A DNA stretch of 64,000 nucleotides. Source: Podarcis cretensis (Eukaryota). The notes beneath the pieces were generated by a model. That model ran no database searches. It had not been told where the DNA came from and saw only the letters and a list, made by a program, of their open reading frames with translations. Below, one piece after another: positions 1-12,704 of this stretch (the stretch's first letter is position 1; each line of letters opens with the position of its first letter). The stretch lies in NCBI GenBank assembly GCA_951804945.1, contig OX638150.1, forward strand, positions 82,088,001-82,152,000. Direction: 5' to 3'. Both the position numbers and the translations under genes were made by a program.

Positions 1-587
1 TTTCTAGGAATGTTGGGGTTCACCCCCAAGCCTGCCGATACCTCCCCATTCTGCGAGGATGGTGCCATTTTGGCTATATAACTAATGGCACTCATACCCT
101 GAATATCTGAAATGGAGGAAGCAACGTCTTAGATATGTAGCTTATTAGATGATGTTGGACCCCCATCAGCCCCAACCAACCCCATCAGCCCCAACCAACT
201 AATGGTCAGGGATAACAGAGTAATATCTGGAGAGCCAGCAGCTCCACTACAACAGCAGGAAATGCAACTCCAACTCCAACACAACAATGTTTAACTGTTG
301 CAAGAGCACACCCAAGCTAGGATTGTCATGAGAGAAATCTGTACCATGTATAGGTAGAGCTGAAGCACAGGAACTAGAAAATAATCAGCGTCCATGTATT
401 TCTCATCATCGTTATTAATCACCTTCCATGTATGTCCAATGCAATATACAAAATATAAAAAACCCTCCAAAGTTAGGAAACAGCACAGAAGAGGAATTTA
501 AAAACAAACAAAAAATGGACACCCACGGCAGAGACGTATATACAGTACTGAATTTTTTCCCCTTTGTTATCATGTGTGTTGACCTAC

Positions 588-710
588 CTTCATAGTAATG
601 GTCTTCCACAGTGATAATTCTGCCTTTGGTTGCTCTTGCATTTTCAAGTATAGTTTTCTTATCCAGAGGTTTTATAGTGAAAGGGTCAATCACTCTGATG
701 GAAACTTTTT
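588..710 (-). CDS. TKT: Transketolase exon 13 ([41 protein letters not shown]); final exon lies outside window
   Basis: TAG acceptor, GTAGG donor, 123 nt; exons 1-13 sum to 1696 nt of open frame. Confidence 0.97.
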
Positions 711-2011
711 CTAAGAAAAAGAATGGGAACAGAATTATGCACCAGAGCATGTGGCTCAACAAAACAGAGGACAGGGGACTCACTAATGTTTAACGTTTCA
801 TACACATTTATTAAAGCATCCCAACGGAGTCTTTGAAACCACTAAGTATTTGGGTTCTAAGAATGGCCAGAATACGGTCAAAAACAAGCTGACTGATAAC
901 TAAACGTAAGCCTTACTTTCTCGTTTTGTCATTCCCTAGAATGAGGACACTCATGACCCACTTCCAAGGACCTTTACTATGATAATTGATCCCCAGAATA
1001 ATTAAGACACCCAGAAGCTATCTTATGGAATATCTAAAGAACTAGATAGCTCAAGGTCAACATTCAGCTTCAGTCTTCTTAAAGCACAGCTGCCTGCTCA
1101 TTTATCCAATGGCTATAATTGCATTAACTTATTAGTACTATCATCTTGTGGACTTCTCAATAGTGAGATTTCCTTTATTCCACCAAAGGTTATGTTGGAG
1201 AATGCCAATAGTCTTGGATAATCATGGCCCAGTACACTTCCGATACTAAAATGATGATATCTGGAGTGAAATGAGTAGCAACACGTGTGTTTCAAGGAGC
1301 AAAATGAGGATGGGAATATATGAACTACTGCCAGTTAGGTAGCCTGTAACTGAAAGTGTTCAGGTATGGTGCAACCTGTATGTTTCAGGAAAGGTGACAT
1401 TTCATCTACTGTGAAGCAAACCATGGTTTACTTATCCAGGACTATCCATCTAGTAAGATCTTGTGCAGATGCAATATTCCTAATCAATATACCACATGCT
1501 CACTGACTTCTCCTTTCCCTCCTTCCCTTTCATCCATGGTTCGTCTTGTACATGCACTGCATTGAGGCTGATCATAGTTACTCCGAACCAGGGTGACCTC
1601 AAGTGTTTAGAACCAGTTTGCATCAGATTCACCAGACCCTGTCAAAAGGGAATCTAGTTAGCTATTCTTAACAGTGATGTTAGTGGTGTAATGTTACACC
1701 ATTGTTAAACAAACCATGGAAATTCACAAGGAATAGAGGCCATGCAAATCCATATCACATTTCCAGTCTCTATTGTTCGTACCAGGGCTACGTTGCTACA
1801 GATAAGGTACATGTTTGGGTTTGATTTTATATATTAAACTAACATTTTTCTTGTTTTGTTTTTTTTAAATAGACTTAAGGCTCCAAGGAAAGGTGTAGTA
1901 ATTAGATTACATTTCTAAAGAATTTCCTATCCCCCCCCCCCTTTATAGCCCTCATGTTCTTCCCTACAAGATGGCTGGTGTGCATTTCTCAAAAGAGTTT
2001 GGTGTAATCAC

Positions 2012-2105
2012 CTCTCTTCAGTTGCTCAGCTGCAGCCAGTGCCTCATGCAGAGTTACTCCTGCTCCAATAACCGTGACCTGGTCATCTTTGCTCTTGAAT
2101 ACCAC
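2012..2105 (-). CDS. TKT: Transketolase exon 12 ([32 protein letters not shown])
   Basis: CAG acceptor, GTGAT donor, 94 nt. Confidence 0.97.
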
Positions 2106-2237
2106 CTGATAACAACAGTAAAACAAAGAATTAGAGAAAGTTCTAGATTTACTGGAAAAAGCTAGTAAAAATCACAATGTTCAATGACTACGTTCTTGTA
2201 GTTCAAGTCTTTTAGCAACTTTCAAAATGGCGCTCAC

Positions 2238-2321
2238 CTTGGCTTGTCCAACATGGAAATCCTCATTGCTGCCGTAGATCACGGCATTTTCTGGACGACT
2301 GGTTCGTATGAAACAGATGCC
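2238..2321 (-). CDS. TKT: Transketolase exon 11 ([28 protein letters not shown])
   Basis: CAG acceptor, GTGAG donor, 84 nt. Confidence 0.97.
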
Positions 2322-2951
2322 CTGTTTTCAAAATGAACACAGGAGAGATTGTAACACCCACAATATCCCATGGAATTAAACTTCAAAACGGAAAAAAGCA
2401 TTTAAAAGTCCAAACACCAAAATTAGTCTTTTTAAAGCTGAGTGTGTCTAGTTCTGGATGGGTGACCACCCAGGTATTATAAGCATGACACCTTGGGTTC
2501 CATGACAGAAGAAAAGTGAGGTATAAATGGAATGAAATAAACAGCTAACCAACAATGAAACTCTAACAAATTCACAGCAATGGGCACCCTTCCCTATATG
2601 CCTCTGCAACAGAAGTGAGCAAACTTCAGATTTGGAGGCAGTAATGGGCCAGATCCTTATCTTTCCCCCATCCGTATGCAGCAACTGTCAATCATCTGAG
2701 GTCATGAGGATGCCAGGCGATTGACACCTGCCAAAAGTCTCTTGCACATTTCCTTCCTAATGCCCACTGCACTTGGGAAGAGCTGCACAATGAGGAGTCC
2801 CAATGCTACCTATCCTCCATCTGATGTCATATATGATGTTAGGTGTAAGGCTTGCCTAAAATGAACTTGCAGGCCAAATGGGGAGGGCCAGCAGGTCCCC
2901 CACCCTTGATCTAAAACTCCCAAGCAAGCACCCTGCGGAAGAGTTGCAGAC

Positions 2952-3082
2952 CTTTGTATTTGCAGCCAATTCCACTGCCTTTTCAGTGGATACAGCATCA
3001 CTAGGGTAAAATACAGTTGAATTAGGAATGGCACGGAACATGCACAGATCTTCCAGCCCCATCTGTGAAGGTCCATCTTCAC
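2952..3082 (-). CDS. TKT: Transketolase exon 10 ([43 protein letters not shown])
   Basis: TAG acceptor, GTCTG donor, 131 nt; EDGPSQ motif. Confidence 0.97.
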
Positions 3083-5726
3083 CTAGAAAAGAGATGGTTT
3101 AGGGGTGGGGGGTGAAAGAAAAATATCAGTGTTGAAAAGTGAACAAACTTCTCTGTATACTTCTTAAAACAAAAGGCATCCAAAATAAATATAAGGCACT
3201 CACAGGACATGGAAGGCTACCTACCCTCTTCTGCTTAAACTTGGAAATAGCAAAGAAAGAAGATAGAAGGAAACTAAAAAGAAAGAAAACTAGGGTTATA
3301 AAGAAAAATCATGGAAAAATGCAGACATAAATGGTAACTAAAACAATAAGGCAGAAACTAAATCACCACTACCCACAGAGGCAAAAGGAGAAGGAAAAGG
3401 GATATAGGGCTACATACATGAGTACAGAAATGAAAGGAAATAAATACACGATTTTAGCCAACTGGCAAAAGAAAAATGTACAAGGTGACAGTAGGCATGT
3501 CTCAATTATTGGTGGAACACAGAAGAATTCATGATTCTATCAGAATGTCCCATCCTGGGAGGGGGCACTTGAAGCTCATAAGAAGCTTACTTTTCAGCGA
3601 AGATTGGCTTAATGAAACCCACAGAGAGATGCATTATAATTAGGGATATATTTGGGTGTGTGGGTGTGAGTGTGTAGAGCAGTGAATGGCACAGTTCTAA
3701 TTCCTCCAGGGCCAGCAGTAGGAAAAGCTGTGGATGCATTTGTGCCCTTCTGGTAGAAAAGTATTTACAGGAAACCAGTTAGAAGAACTGAGTGCATTTT
3801 TTCCAACTTCTACTTGGTTGAACTGACTTGTGAACACTGTCTGCCTTAAAAAGCAGCCAGAGGGCCACTCCAAAGTCATTTTTAAAAAATGTGGAATAGT
3901 GTTTGCTTCCTGTTTCAGTACAATTGCAACACAGGATGCAGTAAGAGTTACGGAAATGGCACTACCACATCCTTTATATATATACCTATTTAGTCAAGGA
4001 CCCCAAAAAGCCCCAGTCGGTTGTGCATCTCTGCATTTTAATAAACTTGAGGGGGTAGAGGTTTCTCTCATCATTGGAACTTAAGATCCCATTCCTGATA
4101 AGGGCAAGGATTGAACCTGCAGCCTCCTACATACAAACACACACTTCAGAAGTAGGCGAAGCTTTTATCCTGATGGCTGTGAGAGTTCTACTGAAATAAG
4201 ATCTTGGCATGTGCAAAAAACAAAAGCACATGTTCCACCCTACAAACAGTAATAGAATGTGTGCACTGTACTTAAAAGAGGGCTTCACTGTACTGTCGAA
4301 GAAGCAACTGGAAATTCTTTGAAGAGAAGCACAAGTGGCAAGTGGTGTTAGAAAGAATCTGAGGCTAATTAATGGCTAAAGCGAGCAACCTGAACATGCG
4401 ACAGCACTGAGAGACAAGTATAGCAAAGCCCAAGCTGAAAATTCCTGAACCACTGCCAAGCTGTTCAGGCTTCACTGCTTACATTTCCAGTGCAAACTCT
4501 GAGTGCAGCATGAGCAATACTTAAGCCAATAAGGAAACTTCCACTGTGCTTTCCAAAGCTCAGATTTAAGAAGAAATTTGTGATAAGCCACTTGCAGTTC
4601 TAATCAGCTTTTAGTATGGTATCATTACTGAACCATACACTTTGTCAATGAGCTATGAAGGAACAATATTGCTCCCAAAGATCTGGCAGCTGCTGGCAAA
4701 GGTGATTTATACTCACATCTATCAGACAAAACACTGTTCATAATATCCCAATTTGCACACACCCCTAAGGCAAATTATGTCTTGGCCAGAACGAGCAAGC
4801 ATGCAGGTACCCAGAGTGAAAATTATGGCTACTTTGCTTATCTCTGGTCATGCTATTGCATTGCTTGTAGCTAAACCAGGGTTTGGCTTAGGGTTACATT
4901 TGAACACAGACTTGAGGCTTGTCTCCCCCAAATAACCAAGGTTTTTGCTTGGTATAAACTCTGGTTTCTTGGGAGAGAGATGAACCACAAGCATAAGTTT
5001 ACACAAAATGCTAAATTAAAGCATGTATTTGGCTCATGGCAGTGCAGCAGAACCAGGGGAATGACAAAGTGCATCAGTTTTCATGCTGGGCACCCACATG
5101 CTTGCTTATTCTTGCTAAGTCATAGTCTGGTTTAGTATTGTGTACAAACAAGGTCATTATCCATATAGCAATAATAGAATAAAAGCTTGGGGAAAAAGCT
5201 TGCTTTGCTGTTTTAATTTTGTTGGGTATAGCCAGAGCATCCTGCACGTTGACACAATGCTAAAGTGTAATGGTCATTTGGAACTAAATGAGAATACACA
5301 GCATTTTCTAGCACATGTTGGAACACTTTCTGATACATCCAAAACTCACTTTATTTGTCTCTAATGTATACATGGAATGTCTATTGTAGGCAGATCAACT
5401 ATGTGAGGTTTGTACACTTTGGTCAAAGGACTTAGCAGACCATCAGTTTTACAAGCCTAATTTCCTCTATGATGCAACAAGTGATATCAAATAAAAAGCA
5501 GAGAATAAAATTTGTAGACTACGATAGTAAGGTAGGGGGCAGAGATTCAAAACAGTATTTTGAAATTACTTCCAATTCACAGGTAAAGCAAAGTTTAGAT
5601 TTGAATATTTGTTTCAAACTCATATGGAGTTAAAACTTTAACCATGCCCCTTAGTTTTATGAGCTGTCTGTGTGCCTGCATATGGGAGACTAAGGCAATC
5701 TGCTGAAGAAATTTAGAGATGCTTAC

Positions 5727-5883
5727 CAATGGATACACCGCAGTGAGATCCACAGAGGTTGATGTTGCTCTCAGAAATTGCTGCCATGCGGATCTGATCA
5801 TATGCCCTGGTGTAAAATGTGGCAAAGGTGCTGGCAAACACAATGTTTCTGTCCCGGGTTGCACAACCAACGCCAACGCTCAC
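5727..5883 (-). CDS. TKT: Transketolase exon 9 ([20 protein letters not shown]...[11 protein letters not shown])
   Basis: CAG acceptor, GTAAG donor, 157 nt; SHCGVSIG transketolase signature. Confidence 0.98.
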
Positions 5884-6601
5884 CTGTAATGTGGGGAGGG
5901 AGGGGAAGAGCAGATTAACCAGTTCCAGCAAAATGTGAGTGCTACATGCTGAGTTAGCTAAATGTTTTATGCCTATATAAACGATATACATTTTATATAT
6001 TTATATTCTTTCTCTGAAGAGAAGTTCAGGACAGTATACAAAGCTCTTCCCTTCTCCCTACGTTATTTTTACAACAAGGTAGAGAAAGTGACTCAAGATC
6101 AGCTGGTAAGTTTAATGGATGAATGAACTTGGGTCTCCATGCTCTTGGTCCAACTGCTTCATCACTACTTGACTAATAGAGCTGGAGTGCATAGAGGAGT
6201 GGGAAAGGAAATAAGAGTTACATGTGCCAACAGAATGATCATAGCAGTGCAACCTGCTCTCGTGCACATGATTGTGGTGCATGAAATGTGCTTAAGCTCC
6301 TCAAGAAATTAGAAGTAATGGCTCTGGTTGCAGCAGCCTGATATGCAGAGCTCTGAAGCAGAAGCTCTCTGACAATGGTAGGCTGGATATAGGGAGAGCA
6401 GCAGCAAGCTGTCCAAGGCCTGAGGGAAAGGAGAAACAGGGCAGGAGATGCTCTGAAAGAGGTGGGAGGCAAAGAGAAGGTTAACTATAGGTTAACTATG
6501 GGGCTGAAAGAGGAGGAAAACTATGGGGCTGATGCACTATGAAATGTGCCCTCGAATCAACCTGGCTGTTGCATGTTGCAGTGCACCTAGAAACCCTAAG
6601 C

Positions 6602-7057
6602 CCGTGGTTCCCAACATGGGGCACATGCCCCACAGGGGGCAATTTGATTTTTAAGGGGGGGCAATTTGAGAATGAGTTAGACCAAGTTAATGGCCTTTTA
6701 GCTTCCTCCACGTGAATAGGAGTTCCCTTTTTGAATACAGTACAGTGGTACCTCAGGTTACAGATGCTTCAGGTTACAGACTCCGCTAACCCAGAAATAG
6801 TACCTTGGGTTAAGAACTTTGCTTCAGGATGAGAACAGAAATCGTGCTCCAGTGGCGCGGTGGCAACGTGAGGCCCCATTAGCTAAAGTGGTGCTTCAGG
6901 TTAAGAACAGTTTCAGGTTAAGAACGAACCTCTGGAATGAATTAAGTACTTAACCCAAGGTACCACTGTAATAAGAATTATATGTCACTGGGGAGGATCA
7001 GGATTTTAGAGAAGTTTAGGTGGGGCATGCCCCCCCCCAAAAGGTTGGGAACCCCTC
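6602..7057. mobile_element. hAT-type MITE, interrupted by a mariner-type MITE
   Basis: TIR ccgtggttcccaac / gttgggaacccctc; 8-bp TSD CCCTAAGC / CTCTAAGC. Confidence 0.75.
6743..6968. mobile_element. Tc1/mariner (Tigger-like) MITE
   Basis: TIR CAGTGGTACCT...AGGTACCACTG with TA duplications; near-identical copy at 41776-42021. Confidence 0.88.
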
Positions 7058-7318
7058 CTCTAAGCTCTTTAGGGCATTGTATCTAACCAAGTGATCTTCA
7101 CAGCAGAGTCACCGAAATCAATGGACAGCACTAACTTGAGTCTATTGATTTCAAAGGGTCTGCTTCAAGGATGACTTAGTTGAATAAGAAACCTTATTTA
7201 TAAAGGTAGGGTAATGGCAATGGTTTTAATTATGAGAGTGAGAATTTATCCAAAAAAAACCCCCTGCTTAGTTTGAAGGAAGAAACAAACGAAGAAACAC
7301 CCAAAGAAACCACCTTAC

Positions 7319-7483
7319 CATGTTTTGTTCAGCGATGTAGCATTCAATGAAACGGCTGGGGTGCTCTTTTTTGAAGAGCTCAGAGAAAGTGGAATTTTTG
7401 GTATCCCCATCCAAAGCAACCACACGGTCACAGGCGTGGCCCAGTTTGGCAAGGGCCAAGCCATAAGCTTTGCGAGTAGCAAA
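7319..7483 (-). CDS. TKT: Transketolase exon 8 ([16 protein letters not shown]...[11 protein letters not shown])
   Basis: CAG acceptor, GTAAG donor, 165 nt; IAEQNM catalytic Glu. Confidence 0.98.
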
Positions 7484-8810
7484 CTGCGGAGAGGAAAAGG
7501 ACATAGATGCCCCGTTTTCATTATGTTCAATTATTCTGTTATGCTGCAACTGCAAATCTCATAAATAAAAACCTTCGAAAATGAGTCCAAGACAAAACTC
7601 TGCATGACCAATATTACACTGAAGAGTTTCAAAGAATCTCTAATGCTCCCCTGTATGTTATAGTATGTCACATCAATACCTGATACTTACAGCCAACAAT
7701 TTAAATGTTTACCATTCTGATCCTAAGCATAAAGATTGTCATAGCTAACTGAAGCATCTATAATATGTCCTTGCAATCCTGGTTAACTTCATGCTTTCTG
7801 GTGTTATGCTAGTAGTACAAGGGTCTTTATGCCTCTAGTCATCAAACACATCACAGCTGAAGTAGAAAGACCTAGGAAAAGGCCTCAGGGGAAACTGTGC
7901 TGAGAGAAGCCAGGTTGTCCTCATACGGTCACACCAAGTGCAGTGTTGTCCTTTACTTGACTAAAAGCTAGCCATGGGAACACAACCAGCGCTTCCCTAG
8001 AGAAGTGGAAACTCCAAACCACCCTTGCATGAGTTTCTCCTTCTGTCTCTGTTTACTTTGGCATCTAAGAGTTTCCATAAGGTTTTTGTCTGCAGGCTCA
8101 GGTAAGATTTCCATGCTCTTCAAATCTGAGGACAGGGAGAGAGACTGGTAAGTCTTCCTTTTCTTCTCCCATTTGCTGCATCAGTTCAGCTGCCTGACAG
8201 CTATAACTTGCTCTGCATCACAGCAGGTGAAGGAGACAACTGACCAGTCATGTGACTTTGCCACTACTAGACAAGAGGGACAGGCAAACTCTCTACCTGG
8301 TTCATTCTTAAAGAAACAAAAAGTCTACCTGGGTCTAGAAATGGCAACCAAATTTGATCAGGATGTATCCCTTCCGGTCTGAAGAAGGGACCTGCAGCCT
8401 TCACTTGCAGCTATCCTGAATGTGCAAGACATCTCATGTGTGATGGCTCCACAAGTCCCATTCTTAGCAGTTACCTTAGAAGTGACTCACTAGAATTATG
8501 GCCTAGCCTTTTAAACAGGCATGAAGTAAAACATTTGCTTTGAGACTCACATGTACAAGATCAAGTTTGGCTCATCTTCAATAGTTTGAAATAGCATTTA
8601 CTCTTCTCCCAAAAGGTGTGACATTTTGAATGGGCATTTTGCTACTATGATGAATTAATTACAATTGGAACTCCACTGAGTAGGCGGCTGAATGTCATCT
8701 GGAATATTTTACAGAATTCTGGACTGAAAGTTGTTTATTCTTATTAATCAACTTCATAAAAAACGCAGTTCCCAGAATAGTGAGCAAAAGCACCTTTCCA
8801 ATCGCAAATA

Positions 8811-9162
8811 CAGTGGTGCCTCGCAAGACGAAATTAATCCGTTTCGTTAGGCTCTTCGTATAGCGGTTTTTTCGTCTTGCGAAGCAAGCCCATTGACAGC
8901 TTAGCGGATTAGCGCTATTAGCGGTTTAGCGGCTTTTAGCGATCAGCTGATAAGCGGCTTATCAGCGGATCAGCTGATAAGCGGCTTAGGGCTTAGGAAA
9001 AGGGGGGAAAGGGGGAAAAACCCGCAGGAACTCGCAAGACATTTCGTCTTGCGAAGCAAGCCCATAGGGAAATTCGTTTTGCGAAGCGCCTCCAAAACGG
9101 AAAAGCCTTTCGTCTAGCGGGTTTTCCGTCTTGCGAGGCGTTCATCTTGCGGGGCACCACTG
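8811..9162. mobile_element. Young CpG-rich Tc1/mariner MITE
   Basis: TIR CAGTGGTGCCTCGCAAGACGAA / TTCATCTTGCGGGGCACCACTG, TA TSDs, internal GATCAGCTGATAAGCGGCTTA repeats. Confidence 0.88.
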
Positions 9163-9213
9163 TATAAACCTAAGCTAGAATTGCTTGAGGAAAACAGAGA
9201 AAGACCATCATAC

Positions 9214-9407
9214 CTTCTCTCCTAACTTGTAATTTGGTGGTGAAGGCATCTTGACATTTCTGATGCTGACAACTGGTGCGTCTTCTTGCGGAAGGGCTGG
9301 CGAAAGCTTTTTCTTGTTCTGGATTCTATCATCAATCTCTGAAATGACTTGCTCAGCCATGTTTCTGGGAAGAGGTTTGCCATGCCAGTTTTCCTTATCC
9401 TCAACAC
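9214..9407 (-). CDS. TKT: Transketolase exon 7 ([19 protein letters not shown]...[12 protein letters not shown])
   Basis: CAG acceptor, GTATG donor, 194 nt; WHGKP catalytic His. Confidence 0.96.
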
Positions 9408-11583
9408 CTGCGGATTACCATACACATAATTTAAAAAAGGAATTAAGTTAAATACAATACACTTTCTCAAAGTGCCAAAATCAGCAGCTTCTTCTGAGTT
9501 AGGCCCAAGTAAGCTAATAAGGTTATTTGCAAATGCAAACATCTTCCTATGAAGTTTAAGCTAGCAATGCCTTAGCCTGCCTCATTCCTGTTACTGTATT
9601 CCTTTGATCCTGCAGAAAGTCTCCTGACACACTCTTCCCTGGTGTTCCTACAGCTGAATTCCTTCTCCCTCCCCATTATACTCCCAGTTCCATTATTCAA
9701 AGATGCTGACGCTGAGCCAGTCATGAGAGTGTCATACTAAGACTGGAAATACCTGGGTTAAAATCCCCACTCGCCCTCCCCCCACTCATCCAATGTCACT
9801 ATCATTCAGCCTGACTTACTTCACAGAACTGCTTTGTGTTTAAAATTGGGAAGCAGGGGAAGGAGATTCCTGAGCTTCTCCAAGGACCTAGCAATCAGTT
9901 AATAAAAATATAGTCCTAGTAATTCCTCCCTTCATCTTCTTGTCACCTCCTTTCTAGAGTAATCTCCTTTGGTGCTTGGGCCCACTAGAATGACAATATA
10001 ACACACACATCTGCATCAGTTCAATTACAACATAAATGCATATTGCTATTATCCCTTTTTGGCCTCTCTTAGTCCTCTTTAGATCATGAGCCTCTGCAAC
10101 ACGTATCATCACAATTTTGCTTCTGCAATACTGCTAGCTAAACCCTTGGAGCAGGTTGCACTATGTGTTCAAGTAAATGAATAAAATCAAGCCAGCAAAT
10201 CAATAACCTTGACTGCAATAATGACATGCTAGGTATTCTGTAATTAAGGACCTGAATAAGCAGGCACTCTGTGCAAGCACGAAACGTCTCTTTGCTTCGG
10301 GAAAGAGCATCAGACAGACTGAGCTCTCACAGTAACAGGAGCTAAATACTGGATTCTTTTCGCCATACAGAAGTCTCACAGAATGGCAGCATTTGTTCCT
10401 GAAAAATGACAAATATCCTAAGTTTATTTAGCTATTTTTGAAATGGCTTAAGCCAGCTGATGGATGCACAAGATTAAAAATGTAACATAATGGGGAGGAG
10501 GGGAGAATACATGATAAATGCATAGTGGCACAAACCCCCAGTTGCCTAGCGCAAAGAGATTCATTATTCATTGTGATTTCAGCTGGTTCTCTACCAGAGC
10601 AGAAAGGAATTCACATCCTTGCACGTATCCAAATTCAGCAGATGTGCCTGGGCTTTATTTAATTTTTAATGGGCACAGACTGCCAAGCAGGCAGGAGGAG
10701 CACAAAGATCTCTGCTGCACGGCTAATGAAACATTTGATGTGTCCTGTCACTTGTGACAGCTCACAATTCATACTGGAGAGCCAAGCAGAAGATGATTCC
10801 TACCTACTATTTACCAAAAAGTGGCAGATTACTTAACGTGAAGCAGGAGGAAAAGCACAAGAGATATTTTGAAAGCTAACTCAAACTTCATTTGATATAA
10901 ATATATGATATGAGTGAGCATCTCATTCATATTTAACAACTACTGAATTTTTTTTTTAAATGTCCATGTGATTCTCTTGAAGTAGTACGTTGATTTATGG
11001 TTTGAATACTGCACACTCCACTTTTCCTGATGGCTTCATAATTGGACCATAACCATTCTCAGGAATATGGAAGTACATATACAGGCATTCTCCTTTATGC
11101 TTCCTCATCCCCCTTGAATTGAGCCTAAACTTCTATTTTATTTAGCTTTACATCTCAGCACCATGCTTGACACTTTTGTAGCATATTTATTGCACAAAAA
11201 TCTTTTCCTTTACAATAATCAATGAGTTATGCTCCCTTAAGAACAGGGCTTTTAAAAAGATTTCTGCTTATTATCCCAGATTGATCAAATTTTATGTAAT
11301 TTGTGTGGAAGACTATTATTCAAGTCCTGAGGTATGCTAATCAGGTTTGTTTAGTGTTTTGATTTGCTTTTGATTTTGTGGTGTATATAAATCTGGCTAA
11401 ATAACATCAGATATAGCAAAGGGTTATGTTGATATGAAGAATAATTTACGGCTAAAGCTTGGTGTGAAAAGAAAAGGCTTAGAGTTCAGAGCTAGTGTTT
11501 CCCACTATGGCACATACTGTGTCACCTTATAGGCAGGGATAGACAACATGGTGTCCTTCAACCCCAGCTCACATGACCAACAC

Positions 11584-11862
11584 TGGTGATGTAGGAAAGG
11601 GGTGCGGTTAATGCGGGCCGCCCCAGGTTTCATCACTGGGGGGGGGGTGATCGTGGGGCCTGACCTGCAGCACGCCCGAGCTGCACATCTCTCCTGGGGA
11701 GTTATGTGGTGGTTCGGACACCTGCAGACTCCCTAAATGGCAACGTGGGCCTTGCGGACTCTGTGGAGGTTCCGCGCAGCATGCTCTGCCCTGGCTTGCA
11801 GTGTCCCTGGGTGCAGGGCATTTGCGCCACCCCGGGCGCTCAAGCAGTTAGCTACGCCACTG
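11584..11862. mobile_element. hAT-like element nested in a short hAT MITE (~11534-11926)
   Basis: Right TIR GCTACGCCACTG, decayed left TIR, 8-bp TSD ACCAACAC / ACCAACGC; host MITE halves resume on each side. Confidence 0.6.
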
Positions 11863-12231
11863 ACCAACGCTCAGGGATAGGGGAAGCTGTACTCCTGCAA
11901 TGTCTGGAAGGCGACATGCCACCCTGTAATAAGGTGTCAGCCATCTTGCCATTTTAGTCACCTGCAAATGCAGAAATGTTTAGCAGGCATTTCACCTTGA
12001 GTGAGGAACTGATTTCAAAGAACTGGTTCACACTGAAGTCTTACTGGGGGAAATCAAGCCTTTCACACTTAGTGATGTGGCATAAACATTTTCTAATGAG
12101 ATCATTAATGACACTGTCATATAATCTGAGGTTTTCTGAAATTAAGCAGTATGTATATTGACTTGTAGCTCAGTCTTTTCACCACTATGCTATACCAACT
12201 ATCACATTTATTTCTCTCTCATTCGTATATA

Positions 12232-12234
<3 letters not shown>

Positions 12235-12261
<27 letters not shown>
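12235..12261. repeat. (GT)n microsatellite
   Basis: Direct reading. Confidence 0.95.
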
Positions 12262-12264
<3 letters not shown>

Positions 12265-12274
12265 TAAATGTGAT

Positions 12275-12450
12275 AGTTGGTGTAGCATAGTGGTGAAAAG
12301 ACTGAACTTGTAGTCAGGAAACCCCTGCTTTTGAATCTCACATCTACCTTGAACTTACTAGGTGGCCATAGGCAAACCACTCTTTCAGTCTCAGACCCCT
12401 TTCAGCAAAACAGCGTTAATGTTAATGCAGGGTTGCTGTAAGGATTACAT
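12275..12450 (+). mobile_element. Old tRNA-derived (MIR/CORE-like) SINE; related relics ~6010-6175 (-) and ~9715-9850 (+)
   Basis: A-box-like tgtagcatagtggt, B-box-like ttttgaatctc, 3' cagggttgctgtaaggatta. Confidence 0.55.
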
Positions 12451-12585
12451 GACAATATACGTGTTATGAAAGCACTATGTAATTCCTTATCATCATCCTT
12501 ATCCTTAATAAAAAAAAGTGGCTAGAAACAAGCAAATCATAGTGGTAGCTGCTGCTCAGCTGAAAAGTCTGCCGCCTGGCATCAC

Positions 12586-12704
12586 CTGTTATTCCTTTGC
12601 CTTTATAAGTCTTGGCAATAATTGCAGTTGGCTGATGTTTGGCCTGGCCAAAGGCTTTGCACAGTTCCTCCACACTGTGCCCATCGACGACGATAGCATG
12701 CCAG
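12586..12704 (-). CDS. TKT: Transketolase exon 6 ([40 protein letters not shown])
   Basis: TAG acceptor, GTGAT donor, 119 nt. Confidence 0.97.
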
